DNA of 63,246 nt. Origin: Allosphingosinicella sp. Its GTDB lineage: Bacteria; Pseudomonadota; Alphaproteobacteria; Sphingomonadales; Sphingomonadaceae. The notes beneath the pieces are model-generated. The model saw only the letters and a program-made list of their open reading frames with translations. It did not search any database and was not told the origin of the DNA. The position numbers and the translations under genes were made by a program. The number at the start of each line of letters is the position of its first letter. Position 1 is the first letter of the stretch. Location: NCBI GenBank assembly GCA_035630915.1, contig DASQJU010000167.1:1-63246 (forward strand), in the 5' to 3' direction. Shown piece after piece: positions 27,776 through 37,694 of this stretch.

Positions 27776-28120
27776 ATGTCGATCGAAGCAAGCCGCCTGA
27801 TGGCGCTGAGGTCCGCGATCCTCGAGCAGAATAGCGCGCTTCAGCGCGCCGCCGGGATCGGCCCTGCCGGCCGTCCCGGGGAGACGCAGGGCACGAGCCC
27901 CGCGGGCTTCGGCGACGCGCTCCGCGCGGCGCTCAACCAGGTCAACGACTCCCAAGCCCAGGCCTCGTCGATCAGCGAGTCTTACGAGCGGGGCGAGACG
28001 ACGGACATCGCCGCAGTGATGCTGGCGCGCCAACAGGCGCAGATCGGCTTCGAGGCGACGCTGCAGGTCAGGAACCGACTCCTGACCGCCTACAAGGACA
28101 TCATGAGCATGCCGGTGTAA
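27776..28120 (+). CDS. fliE: Hook-basal body protein FliE
   Basis: FEATLQVRNRLLTAYKDIMSMPV. Confidence 0.95.
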   Translation: MSIEASRLMALRSAILEQNSALQRAAGIGPAGRPGETQGTSPAGFGDALRAALNQVNDSQAQASSISESYERGETTDIAAVMLARQQAQIGFEATLQVRNRLLTAYKDIMSMPV

Positions 28121-28121
28121 T

Positions 28122-29849
28122 ATGAGCGAACTCGCAGCAACCGACCTCAACGCCCTTTCGCCCCGCGCTCCCGCGGCCCTGCCGGCGCGTGCCGGCGGCC
28201 TCGGCCAGACCCTGCGCGGAATCGTCGCCCAGCCGGCGGTGGCCAAGAGCCTGCCCCTGCTCGGCTTCGTCGCCCTGCTCGGAATCGTCGCCTTCGCCTG
28301 GATGACGATCAGCGCCGCGCCCGACCGCACCCTCTTCGCCGGCCTCGCCGACGAGGACAAGGCGGCGGTCGTCGAGGCGCTGAACGGCGGTGGCATCCAG
28401 AATTCGATCGACCGCAGCACCGGAGCGATCACGGTCGCCGACGAGGACTATCACCGGGCACGCATGCTGGCCGCCTCGCGCGGCCTGCCGCGCGGCGGCG
28501 ACGATGGCGGCGAGGTGCTCTCCTCGATGCCGCTCGGCTCCAGCCGCGCGGTCGAGACCGAGCGCATCCGCCACGCCCAGGAGCTCGACCTCGCCCGCAC
28601 GATCGAGGCGATCGACGTGGTCCAGTCGGCGCGCGTCCACCTGGCGGTTGCCCAGCCGAGCGTGTTCGTCCGCGAACGCTCGCGCGGCGCCGCTTCGGTC
28701 ATGCTGACGCTGGCCCAAGGCCGCACGATCGGCGACTCCCAGGTCCAGGCGATCGTCAACCTCGTCGCCTCGTCCGTTCCCGGCCTGCCCGCCGAGGGCG
28801 TCTCGGTGGTCGACCAGAACGGCCATCTCCTTTCGCGCACCGGGGCCGATAGCGGCGCCGGCGAATCCGAGCGCCAGCTCGCCGTCCAGACCTCGATCGA
28901 GGATCGCTACCGCCAGGCGGTCGCCGCGATCCTCACCCCGATCGTCGGCGAGGGCAATTTCACCGCCGAGGTCCATGCCGAGATGGACTTCTCCGAGGTT
29001 CAGTCGACCCGCGAGGGCTTCCCCGCCGGCGAGCGCGTCATCGCCGCCGAGCAGGGCCAGGTCTCCTCCGATCCGGCCGCTGCCGCGGGCGCCTCGGCAA
29101 CCGCCGTCGGAATCCCGGGTGCGCTCTCGAACCAGCCGCCGCCCGCCTCCGAAGTCGCCGCCACGCCCGAAGGCGCCGTAGCGACGGGTCCGGCCGCCGC
29201 CGCGCCCACCGCTGCCGGAGCCGTCCAGCGCAACGAAAATTACAACCGCACCTTCGCGCTCGGCCGCGAGGTCTCGGTGACCCGCCGCCAGCCCGGCACG
29301 ATCAAGCGCGTCACCGTCGCGGTCGCCCTGCGCAATCCTGAAGGACGCCCGCGCGGCATCCCCGAGATGCAGGCGCTGGAAGGACTGGTGAAAGGCGCTG
29401 TCGGCTTCGACCAGGCGCGCGGCGACGTCGTCGCCCTCAGCGCCCGCACCTTCGCCGCCCCCACCGAAGTCCCCGCCGCGAGCTGGTGGGAAGCGGCCTG
29501 GGTGTGGACGCTGGGCCGCAATCTGGTGGCGCTGGCGATCGTTCTCGCATTGATCTTCGGCATCGGCCGTCCCTTGCTGCGCAAGACCTCGGCCTTCGCC
29601 GCAGCGCGGACCGAGCGGCGCAGCGCGGCCCGCGCCGAAGTCGGCGGCGAGATCGCCTCGGTGCTTGCCGACCGCTCGCGCTCCGACCTCGACATGAAGG
29701 TCTCGCTCGAGATGATCGAGGCGACCCGGGACTATGAGCAGCGCGCCGCTCTGATCCGCGCCTTCGTCCGCCAGGACCCCGCCCGCGCCGCTTTGGTGGT
29801 CCGCGATCTCATCCGCACCGACGCCAACGGAGTCGAGCGCCATGGATAA
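28122..29849 (+). CDS. fliF: MS-ring protein FliF
   Basis: Two TM segments; ELDLARTIE..ARVHLA..ASVMLTL, GIPGALSNQPP, GAVGFDQARGD. Confidence 0.95.
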   Translation: MSELAATDLNALSPRAPAALPARAGGLGQTLRGIVAQPAVAKSLPLLGFVALLGIVAFAWMTISAAPDRTLFAGLADEDKAAVVEALNGGGIQNSIDRSTGAITVADEDYHRARMLAASRGLPRGGDDGGEVLSSMPLGSSRAVETERIRHAQELDLARTIEAIDVVQSARVHLAVAQPSVFVRERSRGAASVMLTLAQGRTIGDSQVQAIVNLVASSVPGLPAEGVSVVDQNGHLLSRTGADSGAGESERQLAVQTSIEDRYRQAVAAILTPIVGEGNFTAEVHAEMDFSEVQSTREGFPAGERVIAAEQGQVSSDPAAAAGASATAVGIPGALSNQPPPASEVAATPEGAVATGPAAAAPTAAGAVQRNENYNRTFALGREVSVTRRQPGTIKRVTVAVALRNPEGRPRGIPEMQALEGLVKGAVGFDQARGDVVALSARTFAAPTEVPAASWWEAAWVWTLGRNLVALAIVLALIFGIGRPLLRKTSAFAAARTERRSAARAEVGGEIASVLADRSRSDLDMKVSLEMIEATRDYEQRAALIRAFVRQDPARAALVVRDLIRTDANGVERHG

Positions 29850-30885
29850 TGAAGAAGCCCAGCCGGCGACCGCGCCCGCGGCCGAGCCCGGCACTGGCCC
29901 GAGCGGCAGCGAGTCGGCCGCGATCCTGCTGATGATGCTCGGCGACGCCGAGGCGGCGGAGATCCTCAGCCATCTCGAGCCGCACGAGGTCCAGCATCTC
30001 GGCTCGGCGATGTTCAACGTCGCCGACGTTTCCGAGACCCAGGTCGAGACGGTGTTCAACACCTTCATGGCCCGCAACAAGGCCCGCACCACGATCGGGT
30101 TCGGCGCCGCGCCGCGCATCCGCGCGGTGATGGAGCACGCGCTTGGCGCCGAGCGCGCCGAGGGCATGCTTGCCCGAATCACCCCGCCGACCCGCAGCCG
30201 CGCGCTCGATGCGCTGCGTTGGATGGACGCAAAGACGATCGCCGCCCTGATCGCCGACGAGCATCCGCAGATCGCGGCCCTGGTCGTGGCACATCTCGAG
30301 CCGCCGATTGCCGCCGACGTGCTGCAGATGCTTCCGGCCGATTTCCAGCCCGACGTGATCTACCGCGTCGCCAAGCTCGAGACAGTCAGCGCCGAGGCGA
30401 TCGAGGAGCTGGAGAAGATCCTGGCGCGCGAGGTCGGTCGCGTCTCTGCCTCGCCCGCCCCCTCGCGCGGCGGCGCCAGCGAGGCGGCCAAGATCATGAA
30501 CAACATGAAGCCGGGATCGGACAAGATCATCATCCGCAGCCTCGGCAAGGTCGACAAGGTGCTCGCCCAGAGGATCGAGGACGAGATGTTCATCTTCGAG
30601 CATCTGATGGAGCTCGACGACAAGAATCTCGGCGTGCTGCTGCGCAATATCGAGAACGAGGTCCTCGTCGTGGCGCTGAAGGGCGCCGACGAGAAGCTCA
30701 AGGAGAAGATGCTCGGCTGCATGTCGGCGCGCGCCGCGGATTCGATCCGCGACGAGATGGTCGAACGAGGCCCGATGCGCCTCGCCGAGGTGCACGAGGC
30801 GCAGAAGGAGGTCCTCTCGATCGCCCGCCGCCTCGCCGATTCCGGCGCCCTGATGCTCGCCAACAGGGGCGACGATTATGTCTAG
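29842..30885 (+). CDS. fliG: Motor switch protein FliG
   Basis: AAILLMMLG, DEHPQIAAL, MFIFEHL, GPMRLAEVHEAQKE. Confidence 0.96.
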   Translation: MDNEEAQPATAPAAEPGTGPSGSESAAILLMMLGDAEAAEILSHLEPHEVQHLGSAMFNVADVSETQVETVFNTFMARNKARTTIGFGAAPRIRAVMEHALGAERAEGMLARITPPTRSRALDALRWMDAKTIAALIADEHPQIAALVVAHLEPPIAADVLQMLPADFQPDVIYRVAKLETVSAEAIEELEKILAREVGRVSASPAPSRGGASEAAKIMNNMKPGSDKIIIRSLGKVDKVLAQRIEDEMFIFEHLMELDDKNLGVLLRNIENEVLVVALKGADEKLKEKMLGCMSARAADSIRDEMVERGPMRLAEVHEAQKEVLSIARRLADSGALMLANRGDDYV

Positions 30886-31486
30886 AATGGTGCGGCAGAA
30901 TTGCGCCGAGGCAGCGAGCCTCGGCAGCTTCGTGGTGCGGCGCGTCGAGGGCGGCTTCAGGCCGCGCGTCGTCGAAGGCGAAGGTGACTTTCGTCAGGTG
31001 GACCCGCTGGAAGAGGCGGCCAACGCCGAGGCGAGCGCCTTTGAGCGCGGCTATCAGGAGGGCCGCGCCACAGCCGACGCCGAGTTCGCCGCCGAGCGCG
31101 ATGCGCTGGCCCGCCTGGCCGAGACTCTCGAAGTGCTCCAGCCCCAGCCGGCCAATGCGCTTGCCCTGGTCCTCGCCGAAACGGTCGACCGGCTCGTCCG
31201 CGAGATCGTCGGCCAGGTCGAGATCGATCCCATCACCCTCCTCGCCCGCGCCAAAGCGGCCGCCGAGCTCGTCGCCCGCGAAACGGAGCCGACCAAGCTT
31301 CATGCCCATCCCGACGATCTGGTCCACCTGCAGCAGGCCCGCCTCGATCTCGCCTTCGAGGCGGATCCCGCGCTTCCCCGCGGCACGATCGTGCTCGAAA
31401 CTGGCGAGGGTTGGATCGAGGACGGCCCGGCGGTTCGTCTCGACCGGCTTCGCGCCGAGCTCGACCAGATGGCGGCGCCGCAATGA
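30878..31486 (+). CDS. fliH: Export protein FliH
   Basis: AFERGYQEG, HAHPDD, DPALPRG. Lies between fliG and fliI. Confidence 0.85.
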   Translation: MSRMVRQNCAEAASLGSFVVRRVEGGFRPRVVEGEGDFRQVDPLEEAANAEASAFERGYQEGRATADAEFAAERDALARLAETLEVLQPQPANALALVLAETVDRLVREIVGQVEIDPITLLARAKAAAELVARETEPTKLHAHPDDLVHLQQARLDLAFEADPALPRGTIVLETGEGWIEDGPAVRLDRLRAELDQMAAPQ

Positions 31487-32811
31487 GCGCCCAGCTCGCC
31501 CGCGCCCGCAACCTGCTCGGCTCGGTCTCTTGCGGAGACACGGGCCCGCGCACCGTCGGCCGGCTCGCCGCCTATGACGGGCTTATGCTCGAGGCGACGG
31601 GCTTCAACCGTCCGATCGGTGCCGGCGCGCGGATCGTGTCCGAAGGCAACCAGGTCTCACGCGCCGAAGTGGTCGGCTTCCGCGGCCGCCGCACGCTCCT
31701 GATGGCGCTCGACGGCGCCGCCGCCCACGCCAACGGCGCCCGGGTCGAGCCCGATGCGTCGAGCGCGATGGCCGAGGTCGGCCCCGCTCTGCTCGGCCGG
31801 GTGGTCGACGGGCTCGGCCTCCCGCTCGACGGCATGGGGCCGATCGGCGCGGTCGACAAATGGCCGCTCGCCGGCCGCCAGGAAAACCCGCTCGGCCGCG
31901 GCCGCGTGACCGAGGTGTTCGACACCGGCGTGCGCGGCGTCAACGCCATGCTCACCGCAGGCGTCGGCCAGCGGATCGCGATCGTCGCCGGCTCCGGCGT
32001 CGGCAAATCGGTGCTGATGGGCCAGATGCTCGCCGGCGCCGACGCCGACGTCATCGTCGTCGGCCTGATCGGCGAACGCAGCCGCGAAGTCAGCGACTTC
32101 CTCGCCACTAAGCTCCCGCCGCACGTCCGCGCCAAATCGGTGGTGGTCGCGGTGCCCGCCGACCACGCCCCGCTGCTCAGGCTGCGCGCGGCGATGCGCG
32201 CGACCGCAATCTCGGAGGATTTCCGCGCACGGGGCCTCAAGGTCCTGCTGCTGATCGACAGCCTGACCCGCGTCGCGCATGCGCAACGCGAGATCGGCCT
32301 CTCGCTCGGCGAACCGCCGACGGTCAAAGGCTATCCGCCTTCGGCGCTCGGCTTGATCCCGAAGCTGGTCGAGCGCGCCGGCGCCGATTCCGCTACGGGC
32401 GGTTCGATCACCGCGCTCTATACGGTGCTCGCCGACGGCGACGACACGGCCGACCCGATCGTCGATGCCGCGCGCGCGATCGTCGACGGCCACATCATCC
32501 TCTCGCGCAGCCTGGCCGAGCAGGGCGTCTATCCGGCGATCGACGTCGGCAAGTCGCTCTCGCGGGTGATGGCCGACATTGTCAGTCCCGAGCATGCAGC
32601 CGCCGCCGCGGCGCTGCGCCGGCTCTGGTCCGCCTATGAGGAGAATCGCGACCTCATCCTGATGGGCGCCTACGCGCCGGGCAACGATCCAATGATCGAC
32701 GACGCGATCCTGCGCCGGCCCGAACTGCTCGATTTCCTCACCCAGGCCCCGGCCGAGCGCGCGCCGTTCGACGAATCGGTCGACGGGCTTGTCGAGCTGA
32801 TGGCGTCATGA
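31483..32811 (+). CDS. fliI: Export ATPase FliI
   Basis: AGSGVGKS, LIGERSREV, DSLTRVAHAQREIGL..GEPP..KGYPPS. Start ATG 31483. Confidence 0.96.
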   Translation: MSAQLARARNLLGSVSCGDTGPRTVGRLAAYDGLMLEATGFNRPIGAGARIVSEGNQVSRAEVVGFRGRRTLLMALDGAAAHANGARVEPDASSAMAEVGPALLGRVVDGLGLPLDGMGPIGAVDKWPLAGRQENPLGRGRVTEVFDTGVRGVNAMLTAGVGQRIAIVAGSGVGKSVLMGQMLAGADADVIVVGLIGERSREVSDFLATKLPPHVRAKSVVVAVPADHAPLLRLRAAMRATAISEDFRARGLKVLLLIDSLTRVAHAQREIGLSLGEPPTVKGYPPSALGLIPKLVERAGADSATGGSITALYTVLADGDDTADPIVDAARAIVDGHIILSRSLAEQGVYPAIDVGKSLSRVMADIVSPEHAAAAAALRRLWSAYEENRDLILMGAYAPGNDPMIDDAILRRPELLDFLTQAPAERAPFDESVDGLVELMAS

Positions 32812-33230
32812 ACGGCCTCGTCCGCCAGCGTGGGCGCCTCGCCCGGGTCCGCCGGATCCAGCATGGCCTCGCCGCGACCGTCGCGGCAGCCGCCGCCGAG
32901 CGCGTCCAGCTGCTCGAGACCAGCCGCGAGCGGCTGCGGCAGATGCGCGCCGAATTGCGGCCGATCGCCGGGCTTACCTCGGGCGCCGACCTGGCCCGGA
33001 TGGGCGAGCTCGCCATGCGTCTCGACAGCGCCCGCTTCGGCCTCGCGCCGACGATCGAATCCGCGCGCGACGCAGCCGCTTTGCGCGAGACCGAGCGCCG
33101 CGCGGCGCGGCGCGACCAGGAAAGCGCCGAGAAACTGAAAGCCGCCGCGATCCGCGCCGCCGAGGAGGCGGCCGAGCAACGGCTGAAGCAAGCGGGCCGC
33201 AGGCGCCCCCGCCTGACGCAGGGAGATTGA
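32808..33230 (+). CDS. fliJ: FliJ-like coiled-coil protein
   Basis: 140-aa helical protein directly after fliI. Call is by synteny. Confidence 0.6.
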   Translation: MNGLVRQRGRLARVRRIQHGLAATVAAAAAERVQLLETSRERLRQMRAELRPIAGLTSGADLARMGELAMRLDSARFGLAPTIESARDAAALRETERRAARRDQESAEKLKAAAIRAAEEAAEQRLKQAGRRRPRLTQGD

Positions 33231-34453
33231 ATGTGATGGCTTCCGTTCCGAACATGCGGCCCGGCTCCGCGCCGATCATTCCCGGCCTCACCGCGCCGGC
33301 CGTCGTCCCCGGCGGCGAGTTCGCCAGCCTGATATCCGCCGTGCCCGATGCGCTGCTGCAGCCCGTTCCGACCGAGGCCGGCGAGCCCTGCGCCGATACG
33401 GCCGAGGCCGAGGCCGACACGCCGGCAGTCGAGACGCCCGAGCCAGTCGCGACTTCCGACGCAGCCCAGCTGGCGGCGCTGCTGCCCGTGACGCTCCTCG
33501 CCGTAACGCCGCCGCCGACCATTCACGCCGATGCGTCCGTGCCGCCGCAGGATGGAAGCCCGCTCGCAAAGACCCCGGCCGCGCCCGTCGCGAAGGTTCC
33601 AGCCCGTCCGGCAACCGCGCCCATTCCGGGCAAGCCCGAAGCGGCGCAGCCGGCCTCACCCTCGCCGACAACTGGCCAGGCGCCGGAGCCGAACGTGGCC
33701 ACCCCGCCGGCCACTCCGGAAACCGACGATGCGCAAGGCGACGCGCCGGTCACCGCCGAAAAGATCGTCAAAGCGGCAAAACGGGTGATCGAGCTTGCAC
33801 TTCGTCCGGCAGCGCCTCCCGCAGCCCACGCCTCAGGCGCTTCGGTCCGCCTGCAAAACGGCCGGATCGCGCGCGACGCCGAGCCGGTCATCGACGGACC
33901 TCCGTCCCTGCCCGCCGTCGCGCCCGCCGCAATTACCCCTGTGACGACACCAGCGGCACCCGCACCGCTCGCGGCTCCCGCCGCTATCCCCGCCCCGCAA
34001 GGCGCCGAAGCGCCCGACCGCACGATCGACCGCGCGCTCGACCTCGCCCATGACGGCGAATGGCTCGACCGGCTCGCCCGCGACATCGCCCGCACCGCCG
34101 AGGGCGACGCGCCGATGCGCTTCCGCCTTCACCCGCAAACGCTCGGCCATATGCGCGTCGAGCTCAGCCAGGGCGATCACGGCACCTCGGTCCGCCTCAC
34201 CGTCGAGACCGAGGCCGCGCGAACGATCCTCGCCGACGCCCAGCCCCGGCTCGCCGCCGAGGCGCGCGCCCAGGGCGTGCGCATCGCCGAGACCCATGTC
34301 GACCTGTCCGGTTCGGACCGCCACGCGGCGGGCGACCAGCGCCAGCAGGACGAAGCCCGCCAAACCCCGATCATCCGCACCGCGCGCGGAGCCGCCCCGA
34401 GCGGCGCCGCGCCGGTCCAGCCGGCCCGTTCGCGGTCCGACCGTTACGCCTGA
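33227..34453 (+). CDS. fliK: Hook-length control protein FliK
   Basis: Pro/Ala-rich N-terminus; C-terminal RFRLHPQTLGHMRVEL domain. Confidence 0.88.
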   Translation: MNVMASVPNMRPGSAPIIPGLTAPAVVPGGEFASLISAVPDALLQPVPTEAGEPCADTAEAEADTPAVETPEPVATSDAAQLAALLPVTLLAVTPPPTIHADASVPPQDGSPLAKTPAAPVAKVPARPATAPIPGKPEAAQPASPSPTTGQAPEPNVATPPATPETDDAQGDAPVTAEKIVKAAKRVIELALRPAAPPAAHASGASVRLQNGRIARDAEPVIDGPPSLPAVAPAAITPVTTPAAPAPLAAPAAIPAPQGAEAPDRTIDRALDLAHDGEWLDRLARDIARTAEGDAPMRFRLHPQTLGHMRVELSQGDHGTSVRLTVETEAARTILADAQPRLAAEARAQGVRIAETHVDLSGSDRHAAGDQRQQDEARQTPIIRTARGAAPSGAAPVQPARSRSDRYA

Positions 34454-34464
34454 GGAGCCCTTTC

Positions 34465-35046
34465 ATGGCCACTGCCGCAATCCAGAACGCTCAGCCCGCC
34501 GCCAAGAAGAAGGGCGGCAAGCTCAAGAAGCTTATCCTGCTCGTCGTCATCCTGGCCGCCATCGGCGCCGGCGCGGCCGGGGGCTGGTACGCCCTCGGCG
34601 GCTTCGGCGGCCATGGCGAGGAGGCCGATGCGGACCAGCCGCAGCTGGTCGTCCGCGAGGGCGTCAGCTCCGCGGCGGCCGCTCGTGCGGAGGCCCGCGC
34701 GCATTCCGGCCACCCCGATCCCAGGGTCTTCCAGGCGACCTACATTCCGCTCGAGGGCAACTTCACCTCGAACCTCTCCGGCGGCGATGCCTTCGTCCAG
34801 ATCGGCATCGGCCTCTCAACCTATTACGACGAACGCGTTTCGGCGGCCGTGGAGCGCCACTCAATGGCCCTCCGCTCCGCGATCCTGATGACTCTGTCCG
34901 AAGCCGATCCCGTTGAAATCGCTACGCCTTCCGGGAAAACGCGGCTCAAGGAAACCTTAAAAAACGCGATAAACAACGTGTTAACCAATCGGGAAGGATT
35001 TGGCGGGATAGATGACGTCTACTTTACGAGTTTCGTCACCCAATGA
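34465..35046 (+). CDS. fliL: Basal body protein FliL
   Basis: KKKGG followed by a TM segment, FTSNL, LRSAILMTL, DDVYFTSFVTQ. ATG 34465 after AGGAG. Confidence 0.92.
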   Translation: MATAAIQNAQPAAKKKGGKLKKLILLVVILAAIGAGAAGGWYALGGFGGHGEEADADQPQLVVREGVSSAAAARAEARAHSGHPDPRVFQATYIPLEGNFTSNLSGGDAFVQIGIGLSTYYDERVSAAVERHSMALRSAILMTLSEADPVEIATPSGKTRLKETLKNAINNVLTNREGFGGIDDVYFTSFVTQ

Positions 35047-36014
35047 GCCACGATCCCACCCTTTCCGGCGAAGAAATCTCCGCCCTGATGAGCGAGGCCC
35101 GCGAGGGTCCCGCCGGAGGCGGAGCAACGCCCGGCACGCGCCCGTTCGCCTTTGGCGGCGAGGCGCGCCGAACCATGTCCGCCATTCCCGCGATCGACCG
35201 GCTGGGCGAGCGCATGGTGCGCCGGCTCAAGGACGTGATCGAGCCCTTCGCCCGGGTGAAACCCAAGGTCGAAACCGAGCCGACGGCGATCCGCAATTTC
35301 GCCGACTGGCAGGCCGAGCAGGCCGAGTTCACCAGCCTCAGCCTCTATTCCTTCCGCCCGATGCAGGGCGCGATCCTGCTGCGCATCGAGCCCGAATTCG
35401 TCAGCCGCCTGGTCGACGCCTTTTATGGCGGCACCGGCGCCGCGCCGATCCGGCGCGCACGCGAGTTCACGCCGACCGAGGAAACGCTGGTCGCCCGCCT
35501 CGGCGAAGTGGTGGTCGGCGCGCTCGCCGAGGTCTGGGCCGAAATCGTCCCGGTCCGCCCGCAGCTGCGCTCGCGCGAAACCAATGTCGGGTTCGCCGGC
35601 CTCGCCAAGGGCGATGAGGCGGTCGCGGTCACCCGCTTCGAAATCGCGCCCTGGACGGGTTACGCGACGGCGATCGAGATCCTTTACCCGGTGGCGGGCC
35701 TGCGCTCGATCGAGCCGACCCTGATCGCCAGCGCCGTCGACGACGGCACCGCCCGCTCGAGCGAATGGCGCGCGCGCCTCGGCGCCGCGGTCGGCGAAGT
35801 GCGCATCGAGGCGCGCACCGTGCTCGCGCGGCCGGAATTGTCGCTTTCAGAATTGATGCAGCTGCAGCCGGGCGACGTGATCCCGGTCAGCCTGCCGAAA
35901 AGCGTCCCCCTCATCGTCGCCGGCCGCCGCGTCGCGCTCGGCACGGTCGGCGAGCATGACGGCAAGGCCGCGCTCAGGATCGAAAGAATGGAACAGAGGA
36001 GATTGGGCTCGTGA
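35043..36014 (+). CDS. fliM: Motor switch protein FliM
   Basis: N-terminal LSGEEISALM (CheY-binding type), LVDAFYGG, REFTPTE, SpoA domain LQPGDVIP. Confidence 0.9.
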   Translation: MSHDPTLSGEEISALMSEAREGPAGGGATPGTRPFAFGGEARRTMSAIPAIDRLGERMVRRLKDVIEPFARVKPKVETEPTAIRNFADWQAEQAEFTSLSLYSFRPMQGAILLRIEPEFVSRLVDAFYGGTGAAPIRRAREFTPTEETLVARLGEVVVGALAEVWAEIVPVRPQLRSRETNVGFAGLAKGDEAVAVTRFEIAPWTGYATAIEILYPVAGLRSIEPTLIASAVDDGTARSSEWRARLGAAVGEVRIEARTVLARPELSLSELMQLQPGDVIPVSLPKSVPLIVAGRRVALGTVGEHDGKAALRIERMEQRRLGS

Positions 36015-36337
36015 AGGAAGGTCAGGACATCATCGAGGCCGGGCCGGCGGGCGATTCCGCCTTCACCCGCCCCAATTTCGGCCTGTTCGCCGACATCTCG
36101 GTCCGCCTCTCGGTGGAGGTCGGCAGCACCGCGCTGCGCCTGTCCGAGCTGATGGACCTCGCCGAAGGCAGCGTCGTCGAGCTCGACCGCCAGGCGCACG
36201 AACTGCTCGACATCATGGCCAACGGCACGCTCATCGCCCGCGGCGAAGTAGTCACCGTCAACGGCCGCTTCGGCATCCGCGTGGTCGAGGTCGTCGCCAC
36301 CGAAGGCGGCCTGGGTGGAAACGAGCGCCGCAAATGA
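36011..36337 (+). CDS. fliN: Motor switch protein FliN
   Basis: DISVRLSVEVG, GSVVELDR, IARGEVVTVNGRFGIRV. Confidence 0.95.
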   Translation: MKEGQDIIEAGPAGDSAFTRPNFGLFADISVRLSVEVGSTALRLSELMDLAEGSVVELDRQAHELLDIMANGTLIARGEVVTVNGRFGIRVVEVVATEGGLGGNERRK

Positions 36338-36606
36338 TGTGGGCTTATATCCTGAAGCTGGTCATCCTGATCCCGCTCGTCGGCGGGCTCGCCTACGGCT
36401 CCTTGTGGCTGTGGCGCAGGATCCAGCCCGGCATGGCGGTCGGCGGCCAGCGCGAGAAGGCCGTGAAGCTGGTCGACGCGCTGCCGCTCGGCGCGACCGG
36501 GCGGCTCGCCGTGGTCGACTTTGGCGGCAAGCGGCTGCTGCTCGCGGTCTCGCGCACCGGCGGCGTTCAGCTCATCTCCGAAGGCGGAGCCGCTCTCGAT
36601 GCCTGA
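36334..36606 (+). CDS. fliO: FliO
   Basis: C-terminal part of ORF 35956..36606 from MMWAYILK: TM segment, then [26 protein letters not shown]. Confidence 0.85.
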   Translation: MMWAYILKLVILIPLVGGLAYGSLWLWRRIQPGMAVGGQREKAVKLVDALPLGATGRLAVVDFGGKRLLLAVSRTGGVQLISEGGAALDA

Positions 36607-37417
36607 TCTGCTGCGCCGCCCGGCTGTGGGCAGGATCGCTCTCGCCGCCTTCGCCGGCCTGATCCTCTTCCTCCCCGACATCGCCCACGCCGCCAACATC
36701 CCGGTGCCGATTCCGACGCCGCCGGCCGGCGCGGGCCAGCCGGGCGCGCTCGACCGCGCGCTGAGCACGGTCGCCGGAGACGGCCGCCCGCTCTCGCTCA
36801 GCTTGCAGATCCTGCTGCTGATGAGCCTGCTGACGGTGCTCCCGTCTCTGCTCCTGATGATGACCAGCTTTACCCGGATCATCATCGTCCTTTCGATCCT
36901 CAGGCAGGCGATCGGCCTGCAGCAGACGCCGCCGAACCAGGTGCTGGTCGGCCTCGCCCTCTTCCTTTCGCTGTTCGTGATGCGCCCCGTGGTCGATCAG
37001 ATCAGCGCCACCGCCTACACGCCCTACGGCGCCGGCCAGATCACCATCGAGGAAGCGGTGTCGCGCTCTGGCACCGTGCTGCACGGCTTCATGCTGCGCC
37101 AGACGCGCGAGACGGACCTGCGCCTGTTCGCCGACCTCGCCCATGCCGGACAGTTCCAGTCGCCGCAGGCCGTGCCCTTCTCGATCCTTCTGCCGGCCTA
37201 CGTCACCAGCGAGCTCAAAACCGCGTTCCAGATCGGCTTCCTGATCTTCCTCCCGTTCCTGATCATCGATCTCCTCGTCTCATCGACCCTGATGTCGCTG
37301 GGCATGATGATGCTCTCGCCGACGATCGTCTCGATGCCGTTCAAACTGCTGCTGTTCGTGCTTGTCGACGGCTGGGCGTTGACGATGGGATCGCTCGCCG
37401 CCTCCTTCGGGACGTAG
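36599..37417 (+). CDS. fliP: Export gate protein FliP
   Basis: [53 protein letters not shown]. Confidence 0.96.
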   Translation: MPDLLRRPAVGRIALAAFAGLILFLPDIAHAANIPVPIPTPPAGAGQPGALDRALSTVAGDGRPLSLSLQILLLMSLLTVLPSLLLMMTSFTRIIIVLSILRQAIGLQQTPPNQVLVGLALFLSLFVMRPVVDQISATAYTPYGAGQITIEEAVSRSGTVLHGFMLRQTRETDLRLFADLAHAGQFQSPQAVPFSILLPAYVTSELKTAFQIGFLIFLPFLIIDLLVSSTLMSLGMMMLSPTIVSMPFKLLLFVLVDGWALTMGSLAASFGT

Positions 37418-37421
37418 CGGG

Positions 37422-37694
37422 ATGGACAGCCCCGATTATTTCGTCGGCGTCGCCCAGCAGGCGCTGTGGATCCTCGCTCTGGCCTGCGCGCCGATCCTGA
37501 TCCCCGCCCTCATCGCCGGCCTCCTGCTCGGCATGTTCCAGGCGGCGACATCGATCAACGAGCAGACGCTGACCTTCGTCCCCAAGCTGCTCGTCGTCGC
37601 CGTCTGCCTCGCCATCTTCGGCAGCGCGATCCTGATGCTGCTGGTCGATTTCACCCAGGACATCTTCGCGCGAATTCCCGAGCTGGTGCGATGA
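37422..37694 (+). CDS. fliQ: Export gate protein FliQ
   Basis: FQAATSINEQTLTFVPKL. Confidence 0.96.
   Translation: MDSPDYFVGVAQQALWILALACAPILIPALIAGLLLGMFQAATSINEQTLTFVPKLLVVAVCLAIFGSAILMLLVDFTQDIFARIPELVR

Noticed and set aside
28101-30182. 693-aa minus-strand ORF
   Set aside because: Antisense shadow of fliF and fliG.
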